Assembly: GCA_963695345.1 (NCBI GenBank)
Contig: OY968769.1
Coordinates: 1,792,001-1,856,000, forward strand
Source of the DNA: an uncultured Methanomassiliicoccales archaeon
Lineage (GTDB): Archaea > Thermoplasmatota > Thermoplasmata > Methanomassiliicoccales > UBA472
DNA length: 64,000 bases
Reading direction: 5' to 3'
Position numbers and translations under genes: made by a program. The notes under the pieces were generated by a model. That model saw only the letters and a program-made list of their open reading frames with translations. It was not told the DNA's origin and did no database searches. Shown one piece after another: positions 34,541-44,156 of this stretch (within the stretch, counting starts at the first letter, position 1; the number at the start of each line of letters is the position of its first letter).

Positions 34541-34623
34541 TGGCGTGCGGGGCCCGGTGACTCAACTGTCCTCCTAAGATCAGTTCTTCAATACTCCCCC
34601 AATAAATCCGGTCCCCGGCGCCA
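34541..34623 (+). ncRNA. Candidate structured sRNA, copy 1
   Basis: 5' TGGCGTGCGGGGCCCGG pairs with 3' CCGGTCCCCGGCGCCA; inner hairpin AACTG-TCCTCCTAAGAT-CAGTT; paralog at 55827-55904. Confidence 0.72.
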
Positions 34624-34627
34624 AGAT

Positions 34628-35875
34628 TCATTGTCGCAGAAGTTCGACCAGGTCATTGTTCTTTACCAATGACTGTTCTCCTGAGCTCATGTCCCGCAGA
34701 GTGACCGAACCTGCTTCCTCTTCCTTTTCGCCAACAATGATGGCATAACGGGCACCGATCGAATCGGCATATTTGAAATTCTTGGCCAGGTTGCGCCTCA
34801 TGAGATCTATGTCGGCGACGATTCCGGATTCCCTCAGGTTAGCCACGATTGTGAATGCCCGTACACGCATCTTTTCATTGACCGGGATGACGTAGACCTG
34901 AATGCCGGTCTTCGGGGATATCATTCCCTCGCGTTGTAAGGCAAGAAGTATCCTGTCGAATCCGATCCCAAATCCACTGGAGAATACCTTTTCCCCTCCG
35001 AAAAGCTCTGACAGCGAATAGGAACCGCCACCGCAGACCTGTTTCTCCGCACCTAGCGAGGGGGCGTCTGCTTCGAACACCATACCAGTATAGTAGGCTA
35101 GTCCCCTCACCACGCCCAGGTCGACAGAGACGTTGGTGAATCCATAGGCGTTCAGGACCGCAAAGACCTGTTCAAGATGTTCCTTGGCCTCACCCGAGAA
35201 CCCGTCAAGGACCGACGTCGGGCCCGTTATCTGAGTGGTCCTGATGACGTCTTCAGCGGTCTCTTCGCTCATACCTGCCTCTTTCATGATCGGACGGGCT
35301 TCATCGTAGAGCTTCTTATCCAATTTTTGAAGGATCTTCAGCATGTCATCGGGTTTGACGCCAGCCGACGCTAGCTTCGAACGCAATATCCCGATGTGAC
35401 CGACCCTGATCTTGTAGTCCTTCAATCCGGTCCGCTTGATTATTGAAGCGGCCAAACCAATGACCTCAGCGTCAGATTCCGGAGTGGGGGCCCCGATCAG
35501 TTCGGCCCCGAACTGAAAGAACTCACGATAGCGGCCGGATTGGGGCCTTTCGTACCGGAAGCACTGCCCGAAGTAGAACATCTTGAGCGGCCGTGGATAG
35601 GTGGTAAGATCGCTCAAGAAGAAACGGATGACCGGTGCGGTGAGCTCAGGCCTCAGGCAGATCTCGCGATCGCCCTTGTCCTTGAAAGCGTACATCTCAT
35701 CGACGATGCCCGGGCCGGATTTGATAACAAAAAGGTCAGTTGTTTCGAAGATCGGGGTGGAGACCTCGCGGAATCCATGGGTCCTGGCGACATCCCTCAT
35801 GAGCGATTCGAAGTACCTCCTCGTTTCCATCTCCTCGGGGCCGAAGTCCCTCGTCCCGCGCGGCCGCTGAATCAT
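34628..35875 (-). CDS. hisS: Histidine-tRNA ligase
   Basis: RPRGTRD, LRPELT, FRYERPQSGRYREF, VRGLAYYTG, GFGIGFDR. Confidence 0.97.
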   Translation of the reverse strand: MIQRPRGTRDFGPEEMETRRYFESLMRDVARTHGFREVSTPIFETTDLFVIKSGPGIVDEMYAFKDKGDREICLRPELTAPVIRFFLSDLTTYPRPLKMFYFGQCFRYERPQSGRYREFFQFGAELIGAPTPESDAEVIGLAASIIKRTGLKDYKIRVGHIGILRSKLASAGVKPDDMLKILQKLDKKLYDEARPIMKEAGMSEETAEDVIRTTQITGPTSVLDGFSGEAKEHLEQVFAVLNAYGFTNVSVDLGVVRGLAYYTGMVFEADAPSLGAEKQVCGGGSYSLSELFGGEKVFSSGFGIGFDRILLALQREGMISPKTGIQVYVIPVNEKMRVRAFTIVANLRESGIVADIDLMRRNLAKNFKYADSIGARYAIIVGEKEEEAGSVTLRDMSSGEQSLVKNNDLVELLRQ

Positions 35876-35960
35876 GCCCGAGCAATATTGTGGACGGTAT
35901 TAACTCTTTCTTTGCTCAGTAGGCGCGGCCTCAGCTGACTGACTCATGTTACAGCAATAA

Positions 35961-35976
35961 TGAAAAGAAAAAAAAC
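35961..35976 (-). terminator. Oligo-U terminator after the aquaporin gene
   Basis: Long A run on + (U run on -) downstream of the stop codon. Confidence 0.5.
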
Positions 35977-36022
35977 AATTGGAAATTGTTTGGTGAAAGG
36001 GTTTGTGGCTTCGGTTGGCTGC

Positions 36023-36715
36023 TTAAGCTGCCTTCTTTGCCGGGGTCGCCATCCACTTGAAGACCCAGGAACCGATGACTCCTCCGATGATCGGCGCGAC
36101 CACGAATAGCCATGCTTGTTCCAGTGCCTTGCCGCCAGCGAACAGTGCCGGGGACAGGTCCCTGATTGGGTTGATGCCAGCTCCGTCAAGGCCACCGGTG
36201 AATAGGATGATCGCACCGACGACGAGACCGATCGAGACTCCAGCCATCGCCTCGTTGCCCTTGTTTCCCAATGATCCAAGGATAACGATCTGCAGGATGA
36301 AGGCGCTCAACAGTTCAATTATGAAGACAGGTACCATTCCATAGCCTGTTGCCGTGTCCGGGTCTGTGTAGGACGTGGTTCCAAAGCTTCCAACGACCGA
36401 GTGTGCATCCATGTACACATAGTACAGGATTGCTGCACCGATGATACCGCCAATGATCTGCATGACGACATAGATGACCATGTCCTTGGTCTTCATGCCT
36501 CCAATTGACCAGACACCAATGGACACTGCCGGGTTGATGTGGCAACCGGATATTGGTCCGATCGTGTAGATCAGCGACATCACGATTATTCCGAAAGCTA
36601 GCGCCGGTACGACAAGGTTAATAGTATCGCCTAGGACCAAGCCAAAAAGCAATGATCCTACACCAACCATAACCAACAGCATACTGCCTATCAATTCTGC
36701 TACGTAGTTCTTCGT
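36023..36715 (-). CDS. MIP family channel (aquaporin Z-like)
   Basis: (T)KNYVAELIG, ISGCHINPAVS, second motif NPIRD, six hydrophobic segments; apparent ACG start after a G-rich RBS. Confidence 0.88.
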   Translation of the reverse strand, partial: TKNYVAELIGSMLLVMVGVGSLLFGLVLGDTINLVVPALAFGIIVMSLIYTIGPISGCHINPAVSIGVWSIGGMKTKDMVIYVVMQIIGGIIGAAILYYVYMDAHSVVGSFGTTSYTDPDTATGYGMVPVFIIELLSAFILQIVILGSLGNKGNEAMAGVSIGLVVGAIILFTGGLDGAGINPIRDLSPALFAGGKALEQAWLFVVAPIIGGVIGSWVFKWMATPAKKAA

Positions 36716-37094
36716 TGTCTTTCCCCCCTAATAAGATATTGGTTATAAAAATCTCAAAGAACATTTTAAAGGTTGTGGTCGGAGCGAACCTATTTTTTTG
36801 GTAGGAAACGACTTAACGGGTAGTTGGGCGGACAGCATACTCCCCCCTTTGCATTAATCGTTTAAGTTTAAATAATAGTGAAAGTTTTTTAGATTGAAGG
36901 TTAATCCATCCAGCAAATAAAAAGGAGTCGTCCGGTTCATATCTGGATGAATAGTGCTTCTGAATAAGCGCTCATAGGGTATTTTGTAAGGAGGTTTGTT
37001 AACATTCAAACCTGAGTTCGCAAGTTTACCTTATTGGCACGAATTGGCTAAGGAAGAAGGGACAGGTAAAGATGTCCCCTAGAAAAATGGTCGA

Positions 37095-37277
37095 TCACTC
37101 CTTCTTTTCCTCGCCGGGGGCGGGCTCAGCGACCTTTTCCTCAAAATAGGCCTTGATCTTCCCGCATTTCGGGCATTCGACAATGTGGACGAAGCGGTTG
37201 TTCTCCGGCTCGTCGAATGTATCGTTTATTTCCTTGTCGGTCAACTCATAGTTGCATTCGCACTTTATCGATTTCAT
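37095..37277 (-). CDS. Small zinc-ribbon protein
   Basis: IKCEC...ECPKCG, 60 aa. Confidence 0.6.
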   Translation of the reverse strand: MKSIKCECNYELTDKEINDTFDEPENNRFVHIVECPKCGKIKAYFEEKVAEPAPGEEKKE

Positions 37278-37692
37278 CAAAGCACCGATCGAATTCCCGA
37301 TGCTATTCATCAATATGTTTTCTTGGGTGAGGTGCGTCCTATCTGTGGATAACATCTTGTTCGGATGTGTTGGGGTTTCTAGTATTGATATGTAAAATCA
37401 GCTCGTCTGTTTGTTCATACTCAGTATGAACATTCTCCGGTGAACGGAGGTCGGGGAAGTGTTTGCTGGCGGCGCCGCTGTATTGCACATCGATGACATA
37501 TCTCGCGGTCCATGGCCCAATTGATGGCCTCGGGACCGTCGGGATGCCTTAGGTTTCTAAATCATGGTCTAGCGATTGCTCATGCCATGATGGTCAAAGG
37601 CGATGGCCACAGATTAATATTAGAAAACACATTTTGTTCTATTGTGGTCTGGCCAGGTCTAGGCTGGCCACTCCGTCAATGGGGGAAGAGAA

Positions 37693-38652
37693 GTGTCGAA
37701 CGTTTCGGACAAAAATGGGAGTTTCGCGATCGCTGTTGTTGTACTCATGGTCGTGCTGGTTGTGGTCCTTGCGATCGCCGCCGTGCTGTTCCTTCCGGTT
37801 AAGTCGGTCAACTTTGATGAATCAAGGAGCGTAACCTCGACGGCCGGTGTGAACAAATTGAGTCTCCGGCTGAGCGCCGATTTGGGAGAAGTTCAGGTCA
37901 CCTATGCTAACCTGAGCGGTCTGGCCCTCAGCCTGCATGTGACGGCAAAAGGCTCGGTCGGCTTTCTGATGGACCCCAATACGATATCCCTCGATTTCGT
38001 CCAGAGCACATCGGCCGACACCGCGTTGGTGAACGCCTCAGTGAATGTAAGGGACCGACTGCTAGGGGCCTCGAACCTCAACCTCCAATGCATCGTCCAG
38101 ATAGACGATTCAATGCGTTCCAAGCTGGATCTGTCGACATCCACCGGGAGTGTTCTGGTCAACAGTACCAATGCCAGTGCCTTCGATCAGATCAGCATGA
38201 GCGTCAAGACCGGAGCGGTCAATCTGAAGATAGCTTCCGGCGTATCCCTCTACGGCGACATCACCCTGTCCACGAACGTCGGCGCCTCCTTCCTTGATTG
38301 GACGGATCCATTGGTTATGGAAGACATCAAGGTCGTGTCTTCGACCAAGACCGGCGGTTTGGAAATGAACATCAATCAGACCGCTCCGATGGACCGGACG
38401 GTCATCTTGAACGGAACGACCGCCACGGGCGGTGTGTCCCTTAATATGGGCATCAGAGGAAACGTGAGCGCCTCCATCGAATCGGAGACCGGGCTGGGGG
38501 GAGTTCATGTTGGGAGCAGGACCGGGTTCAATGGGACGGATAACGCATTGAAATCAACCAACTATCCGTCCTCAGGCAACTTCGAGGTCACCCTAAAGAC
38601 GAACGTAGGCGGTGTCGATGTGAACGCCCTGAGCGTTCCCTCCAACGTCTGA
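37693..38652 (+). CDS. Membrane-anchored beta-repeat protein (DUF4097/adhesin-like)
   Basis: N-terminal transmembrane helix; repeated TxxGxV strands (TSTGSV, TNVGA, TKTGGL, TATGGV, TNVGGV). Confidence 0.72.
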   Translation: MSNVSDKNGSFAIAVVVLMVVLVVVLAIAAVLFLPVKSVNFDESRSVTSTAGVNKLSLRLSADLGEVQVTYANLSGLALSLHVTAKGSVGFLMDPNTISLDFVQSTSADTALVNASVNVRDRLLGASNLNLQCIVQIDDSMRSKLDLSTSTGSVLVNSTNASAFDQISMSVKTGAVNLKIASGVSLYGDITLSTNVGASFLDWTDPLVMEDIKVVSSTKTGGLEMNINQTAPMDRTVILNGTTATGGVSLNMGIRGNVSASIESETGLGGVHVGSRTGFNGTDNALKSTNYPSSGNFEVTLKTNVGGVDVNALSVPSNV

Positions 38653-38695
38653 GACAAAACCACTTCCGAATTTTCCAATGACGCGAGGATGAATC

Positions 38696-39283
38696 ATGGC
38701 ATTGACGATCCGCAGGATGGAGGAGAAACTGTTGCGAGGGGCCATAGAGGAACTGAAGGCACGTTATAGCGCCTATCCGAGTCAGCTCGATCCGAAGGAT
38801 GAGAAGGAGTCCAAGATGATCCAGCCAAGATCTCGCGTCTATGAGGCCCTGGTCAGGAAAAAGTTCGAGCTTGACCTACTGGACCGAAAATGGTATGTCG
38901 ACATCAATCCATTCCTGGGCGGAGGGCCGGAAGAACTGGACATGCACACACCGGACATGGTCGTCTTCCGTGACGGTCTGGTCATAGTCACAGAGACCAA
39001 ACAGATCAATGAGAAGTCGGAAGGCACCAAAATGGGCACCTTCTTCACCCAGGTCAAAGGTTACCGCGACTACTATGAGCAGAAGTTCGCGGAACCGGAC
39101 GTCAAGTTCATTTCCGTCCTGGTGACCAACAGCGACACCATCGTGAACTCTGGCTCCTACCAGTCGTTCAAAGGCATCGTCATCCTGTTCAACCCCGAGA
39201 ATTGGGAACAGGATGCCCTGAAGATGCTCGAGGAGGGCATCAGAGAGCTCGAAAGAACGGGCGGCCCGGTCCTGGTAAGGTAA
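38696..39283 (+). CDS. Hypothetical protein with PD-(D/E)xK nuclease-like motif
   Basis: TPDMVV...VTETK followed by QVKGY helix. Confidence 0.6.
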   Translation: MALTIRRMEEKLLRGAIEELKARYSAYPSQLDPKDEKESKMIQPRSRVYEALVRKKFELDLLDRKWYVDINPFLGGGPEELDMHTPDMVVFRDGLVIVTETKQINEKSEGTKMGTFFTQVKGYRDYYEQKFAEPDVKFISVLVTNSDTIVNSGSYQSFKGIVILFNPENWEQDALKMLEEGIRELERTGGPVLVR

Positions 39284-39328
39284 GCGGAACCATTTTTAGG
39301 CAAGTGCTCGCCTCTCTATTCGATCAAG

Positions 39329-40708
39329 ATGTATTTTGCCAAGGTGAAATCCGAAGGTCTGGCCCACTTATCATATCTTGTCGGATCGGGCAACGAGGCG
39401 TGCGTGATCGATCCCCGCCGTGATTGCGAAGAATACCTGCGGATCGCGATGGAGAAGGAGATGCGCATCCGTTACATTTTCGAAACCCACCGGAATGAGG
39501 ACTACGCGATCGGCTCGGTCGAACTGGCCAGCATCACCGGGGCGGAGATATTCCACGGGGGGGCGGTTCCTTTCAACTACGGCCGCAATCTGTACGACGG
39601 TCAGGAGTTCGCCCTGGGGAACATACGTATACAGGCGATCGCCACGCCTGGCCACACCATTGAGCACTACTGTTACTCGCTCACCGACCTTTCTTCCGGG
39701 GACGAACCGGTCATGGTCTTCACCGGTGATGCGCTATTCGCCGGTGATGTGGGGCGTACCGACCTTTCCGGACATGAACGCAGGGAAGAGCTCTCTGGAA
39801 TGCTGTACGACTCCCTGTTCGATAAGGTCCTCCCGTTGGGAATGGGCGTGATCGTCCACCCCGCACATGGCGCTGGTTCTGTGTGCGGAGGGAACATCTC
39901 CGATCGAGACGTGACCTCCATCGGCATCGAGCTCGAGGTCAATCCGATGCTTTCGTTGACAAGAGAGCAGTTCGTAGAGGCCAAGATGAAGGAGAAGATC
40001 GAGCGCCCCCCCTATTTCACCAAGATGGAGGAGATCAACCTGAACGGTCCGCCGTTGATTGGACGACTGCCCTGTCCCAGGCCCCTTCCGGTCGCGGATT
40101 TCCGTTCGGCCATGAAAGGGAACATGACCGTTCTCGATGTCAGGATGCCGCACTCGTTCGGAGGGGCCCACATATCCGGTTCCCTGAGCCTATGGCTGGA
40201 CGGCCTCTCCCAGTATGGAGGATATCTTCTGGACTATGAAAAACCGATATTGCTGGTGGTTGAGAACCGGTCCCAATTGGAGGAAGTGGTGAGATCCCTG
40301 GTCCGGATAGGGTTCGACGACATACCCGGGTACCTGAGGGTGGGAATCGACACATGGTATCGGGCCGGGGCTCCGGTGGCGATGACCCAAATGACCACTC
40401 CCGCACAGGTCAAGGGATGGATGGAATCAGGGATGGATATGACGCTGGTTGACGTCAGAAACATCCACGAGCTGGGTTCCGGAGTGATCGCCAACTCCAA
40501 GCTCATACACCTTGGCTCGGTCGAGTCCCGTTCGGACGAGATCCCTCACGACAAGCCGGTCGTCATATACTGCTCATCTGGTTATCGGGGAGGGACAGGC
40601 GCAAGTCTGCTGCTCCGGAAAGGCTACTCCAATGTATGGAACATGCTCGGCGGCACAAATGCCTGGAAAGCCCTGGGATATCCGATGGTCGAACCGCCTC
40701 AGGACTGA
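39329..40708 (+). CDS. MBL-fold hydrolase with two rhodanese domains
   Basis: ETHRNED, TPGHT, FTGDALF, HPAHGAGS; C-terminal YCSSGYR. Confidence 0.9.
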   Translation: MYFAKVKSEGLAHLSYLVGSGNEACVIDPRRDCEEYLRIAMEKEMRIRYIFETHRNEDYAIGSVELASITGAEIFHGGAVPFNYGRNLYDGQEFALGNIRIQAIATPGHTIEHYCYSLTDLSSGDEPVMVFTGDALFAGDVGRTDLSGHERREELSGMLYDSLFDKVLPLGMGVIVHPAHGAGSVCGGNISDRDVTSIGIELEVNPMLSLTREQFVEAKMKEKIERPPYFTKMEEINLNGPPLIGRLPCPRPLPVADFRSAMKGNMTVLDVRMPHSFGGAHISGSLSLWLDGLSQYGGYLLDYEKPILLVVENRSQLEEVVRSLVRIGFDDIPGYLRVGIDTWYRAGAPVAMTQMTTPAQVKGWMESGMDMTLVDVRNIHELGSGVIANSKLIHLGSVESRSDEIPHDKPVVIYCSSGYRGGTGASLLLRKGYSNVWNMLGGTNAWKALGYPMVEPPQD

Positions 40709-40895
40709 ATGAACTTCAAGTAACTGACGCCCTCCAACTTTTCCAGTTGATCGAGGATGTTGTTGACACGGGATGCTTCCCCATCGCTCATGAGCAGGTT
40801 CATGCAGCGGTCCCCTCCGACGTGATTATGGATGTGGGTCTTGATCATTTCCTGGTTCTTGTGATAGCTCTCATCGATGGAGCGGTGTTGGTATG
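40699..40895 (-). pseudogene. 3' remnant of a NikR-like regulator
   Basis: ...IKTHIHNHVGGDRCMNLLMSDG... resembles the NikR metal-binding domain; no N-terminal ribbon-helix-helix part. Confidence 0.5.
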
Positions 40896-40896
40896 T

Positions 40897-41408
40897 ATGG
40901 CCGGAGGATTCAACGTCGACCTTTTCGGCTACCTTTCGGCTCCATCCTTGCTGTTTCGGGGGACGGCCTCCTATTCGTCCTGATACTGGCGGCGGTGCTG
41001 GGTTTCGCATTGGTGTTCTACAAGGAGCTGCTGCATATGACCTTCGACGAGCCCGGTGCCCGACTTGCCGGCGTTCCGGTCTCGCAGATGGATTTGGTGT
41101 TCAATATCGTGGTGGCCCTGACGGTTGTGATCTCCATCAAGATCGTCGGTTCTCTGCTGGTGTCATCCCTGCACATCATCCCGGCGGCTTTCGCGATGCA
41201 ACTGTCAAGATCATTCAAGGGAACAATGGTGGAGGGGCGTCATCTTCAGCATCGTTGCGCTCATCGATGGCTTTCTGGTGTCGTTCTTCTACGATGTGGC
41301 CACTGGCGGTGCGATCGTTTTGATCAGCGTGGTGATCTTCGCGCTATACGCCCTTCTGAGACGCTTCTTCTCCAGCGCGAAGACCTCGACAGACGTGGGA
41401 ACCTGTGA
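40897..41408 (+). pseudogene. 3' remnant of a ZnuB-type metal ABC permease
   Basis: GGFNVDLFGYLFGSILAV, YKELLHMTFDE, IKIVGSLLVSSL, YDVATGGAIV across shifted frames; N-terminal half absent. Confidence 0.72.
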
Positions 41409-41652
41409 CGACCGATCACGATCGGCTAGGTTCGAACTAGTCGATCGCAATCAAACCATTTTTGTAGCGTTTTATTAGATCATAATGCAAAATATTTCCA
41501 AATCTATGAAACAAAATTGCAATTAATTGCATAATAATAGTAATAAATTATCAATATCAACATGGATAAGCTCCCTTGATGTAACATTGTTGCGGAAAAA
41601 TACGATAATCATTATATATCCTTCAATACTAGTCATAATACGGGGAAAATAA

Positions 41653-42771
41653 ATGGGCCATGAAGAGCTATTTCCACCATGGGACATGAACTGGGCGGGA
41701 AACGCCTCAAAGAGATTCGCAAGCCCCTTCGTTGACAAGCCACACGACAGGATCGATGTCGATGCGTTCATGTCGTCGCATGCTGCCATAGCCTGCGGCC
41801 AGACTATCAAGGATTTCTACGAGAAACCGGAATTGGGAATCCACTGCGTGGGTTATGCGAACGAGATGTATGACCTGCTGCCGGTGACAAACTGGTTCTT
41901 CTCACTGCCATGGGTCACCGAACTCGGCCTGAAGCTCGAGTACAGGGACACCCAGCCGCCGGTCTCCACGGGGCCGATCTACTCGGAACCGGGCGAAATC
42001 GACCAAATGCACGTTCCTGACAAGCAGGAGCTTGAGAAAGGCTGGACGCTGCCTTTGTACAAAAGGATCTATGATTATGTTGAGAAGAACATGCCGCAGA
42101 CCCTGCTCCCTATCTCGTACGGATTCGATCTCTGCGGGGGAGCGGCCGAATTGGTGGGGGTGGAGAACTTCATAATGTGGACCTTCACGGAGCCCGAGGC
42201 GGCCATGAAGTTGGTCAGGAACTACACCATGACCGCAGTCAACGGCGCTGAGGCCTTGGCCGATGCCTATGGAACGGCCATGCTGGTGGTCGGGTCAGTG
42301 CTCGGCAACAACGATATCTTCTCCGATGGGGCGGTCAAGAAGTATTCCGCCGACAACATGAGGATGTTCGTCGACCAGGCTTTCAGAAAGGGGGCAGGGC
42401 CGCAGGTGTTCTATCACCTGTGCGGTAACCATCAGACCGACTACAAGGTCTTCAAGGACACGCTGGTATGGTCCCCTCTCAGCGTCACGCACATCGGATA
42501 TGATGGAAGGAACCCGTTCCCGTCCGCCAAGCTGAAAAGCGAGTTCGAGAGCGTCTCTACCTGCATGGGCTCGGTCGATACCAAGCTGATGATCAACCCG
42601 AACCAGAAGGCCGTCTATGACCAGGCGAAGGACCAGTTACTCGCCGGCCGCGACTCAAAGAAGGGATACATTCTAGGCACGTCCTGCGAGACGCCCCCCC
42701 ATACCCTGCCTGGAAACATCAGAGCACTGGTGAAAGCCGCCCAGGACTTCGGTACCTACGGAACATGGTGA
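41653..42771 (+). CDS. Uroporphyrinogen decarboxylase family methyltransferase (MtaA-like methylcobamide:CoM MT2)
   Basis: Zinc motif YHLCG plus GYILGTSCETP; MGSVD. Confidence 0.75.
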   Translation: MGHEELFPPWDMNWAGNASKRFASPFVDKPHDRIDVDAFMSSHAAIACGQTIKDFYEKPELGIHCVGYANEMYDLLPVTNWFFSLPWVTELGLKLEYRDTQPPVSTGPIYSEPGEIDQMHVPDKQELEKGWTLPLYKRIYDYVEKNMPQTLLPISYGFDLCGGAAELVGVENFIMWTFTEPEAAMKLVRNYTMTAVNGAEALADAYGTAMLVVGSVLGNNDIFSDGAVKKYSADNMRMFVDQAFRKGAGPQVFYHLCGNHQTDYKVFKDTLVWSPLSVTHIGYDGRNPFPSAKLKSEFESVSTCMGSVDTKLMINPNQKAVYDQAKDQLLAGRDSKKGYILGTSCETPPHTLPGNIRALVKAAQDFGTYGTW

Positions 42772-42772
42772 G

Positions 42773-43238
42773 GTGACAAAGATGGAAGTCAGAACCGACG
42801 CGATCAGGGAATTGCTGGGTAGGAGAGGGATAAGGGAAGCGGACGTCGAGGACACGGTCAAGACCGCCGAATCATCTGGCGTGAAGGTTCAAGAAGGGCA
42901 ACGACAGCCTCGGAAAGAAGAGGATCGGGGAAGTGACCTTCTACGCATTATATGACATGCAGAGCGGGATCCTGAAGAAGTCCGCCACGGTCAAGACCGC
43001 ATATTCGCACCGCATGGAATTGGGTGATGTACAGAGCATCGGAGACCGGACCGACTGGGTCTGCGCTCACTGCAACGAGGCGGTCCATCAGGGCCAAGTG
43101 GACGTCACCTATTTGACGGTCAGCCGGTCGGCCCCGGCATTGGTCTGCCCGAAGTGCAAGGTGACTATGGTCGAGGAATACCTGGCCGTAAAGACCATGG
43201 CGGCGGCCGAGGGACTTTTCGAGAAGAAGCGGGCCTGA
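42773..43238 (+). CDS. DVU_1557-like CxxC zinc-ribbon protein (frameshift near 42890)
   Basis: TFY...AYSHRM, WVCAHC, LVCPKC...VEE. Confidence 0.65.
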
Positions 43239-43295
43239 GCCAAACAAGGTTTGGCCGTGATGAACGGCCAATTGATGATCCAAGAGGCCGGCCGC

Positions 43296-43607
43296 TCAGC
43301 GGTTTCGGGTCTTCCCTACGCTGGTGTTGTAGTTGCTAACGATGTTGTTGACGTAGGTCGAGAGGTTCCTTTCCCCCGTGCGGTTCGCCACCCACTTTGG
43401 TTCTGCGATCAGTGGGAACTCGGCGTCGCAATGAATGCAGCGGGCATAACTGCAGTTGGTACCTGACTTCGGGCAGCCGACGCAGGCAATGGCCCTGGAC
43501 TGGAAAAGGCTGAAGCTCTTTCCGCATTTGGGGCAGACGATCTGCTTTGTTGTCCTCAACAACTGCGGAGTGACCCCTCCGCGGGCCATTTCCGGGGTCA
43601 GAACCAT
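43296..43607 (-). CDS. Cys-rich hypothetical protein
   Basis: CPKC, CVGC, C..ARCIHC; GAGG RBS upstream. Confidence 0.7.
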   Translation of the reverse strand: MVLTPEMARGGVTPQLLRTTKQIVCPKCGKSFSLFQSRAIACVGCPKSGTNCSYARCIHCDAEFPLIAEPKWVANRTGERNLSTYVNNIVSNYNTSVGKTRNR

Positions 43608-44156
43608 TTGGAATCCTCATTCAACAAACCCAATCTCGCGTATTTAATGTCTGGCAACATCCGATTCGGTGTCCAGTCCATGCTTTGGACCCCTGGTTTC
43701 CTTCTCGCCGTCAATTAACGGTCCAACGATGCATGGCCTTGATGGTGATCGTGTCGATTTTTCTGTCACCAGAGCCTCATGCGTCATTAGGCTGTTGAAG
43801 GCGGATGGCATTTTAACATCATTCTCACTTGCCAGGCTGAAGTCACGGTCTCCGACGCAAGTATGCCGATCCCTCGTCCGCCTCAAACACCAACGGCACC
43901 AGGCCGAAGACCAGCGCTCGCTTACGTAACCGCTCAGAAAATGAACGATCTGGACCGCGTCGATTCTCGATAGCGATCATCATCTGGGCCATAGGGTTGA
44001 CCATTGCACGGGGCCTCGGCAAAGAGTTATCGGAGGCTGAACACATCGTGGTGCGTGCATCCCGTACGGTCAATGTTGTTCGCTTTGACCCGCCGAAGGT
44101 TGACCTCAGACAATCTGGACTCCGAATCAGAGAACCCGCTTGAGGAATGGATACAC

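Noticed and set aside
34541-34623. Element read as only a hisS terminator, a tRNA, a Y RNA or a CsrA-type GGA RNA
   Set aside because: The second copy is not downstream of a gene; there is no D or T arm; the Ro-binding 3' strand is absent; TATA position and G-U pairs favour the UCCUCC strand
43644-44150. Short ORFs between the Cys-rich gene and the PaaK-like gene
   Set aside because: No recognisable motifs or consistent frame; left unannotated
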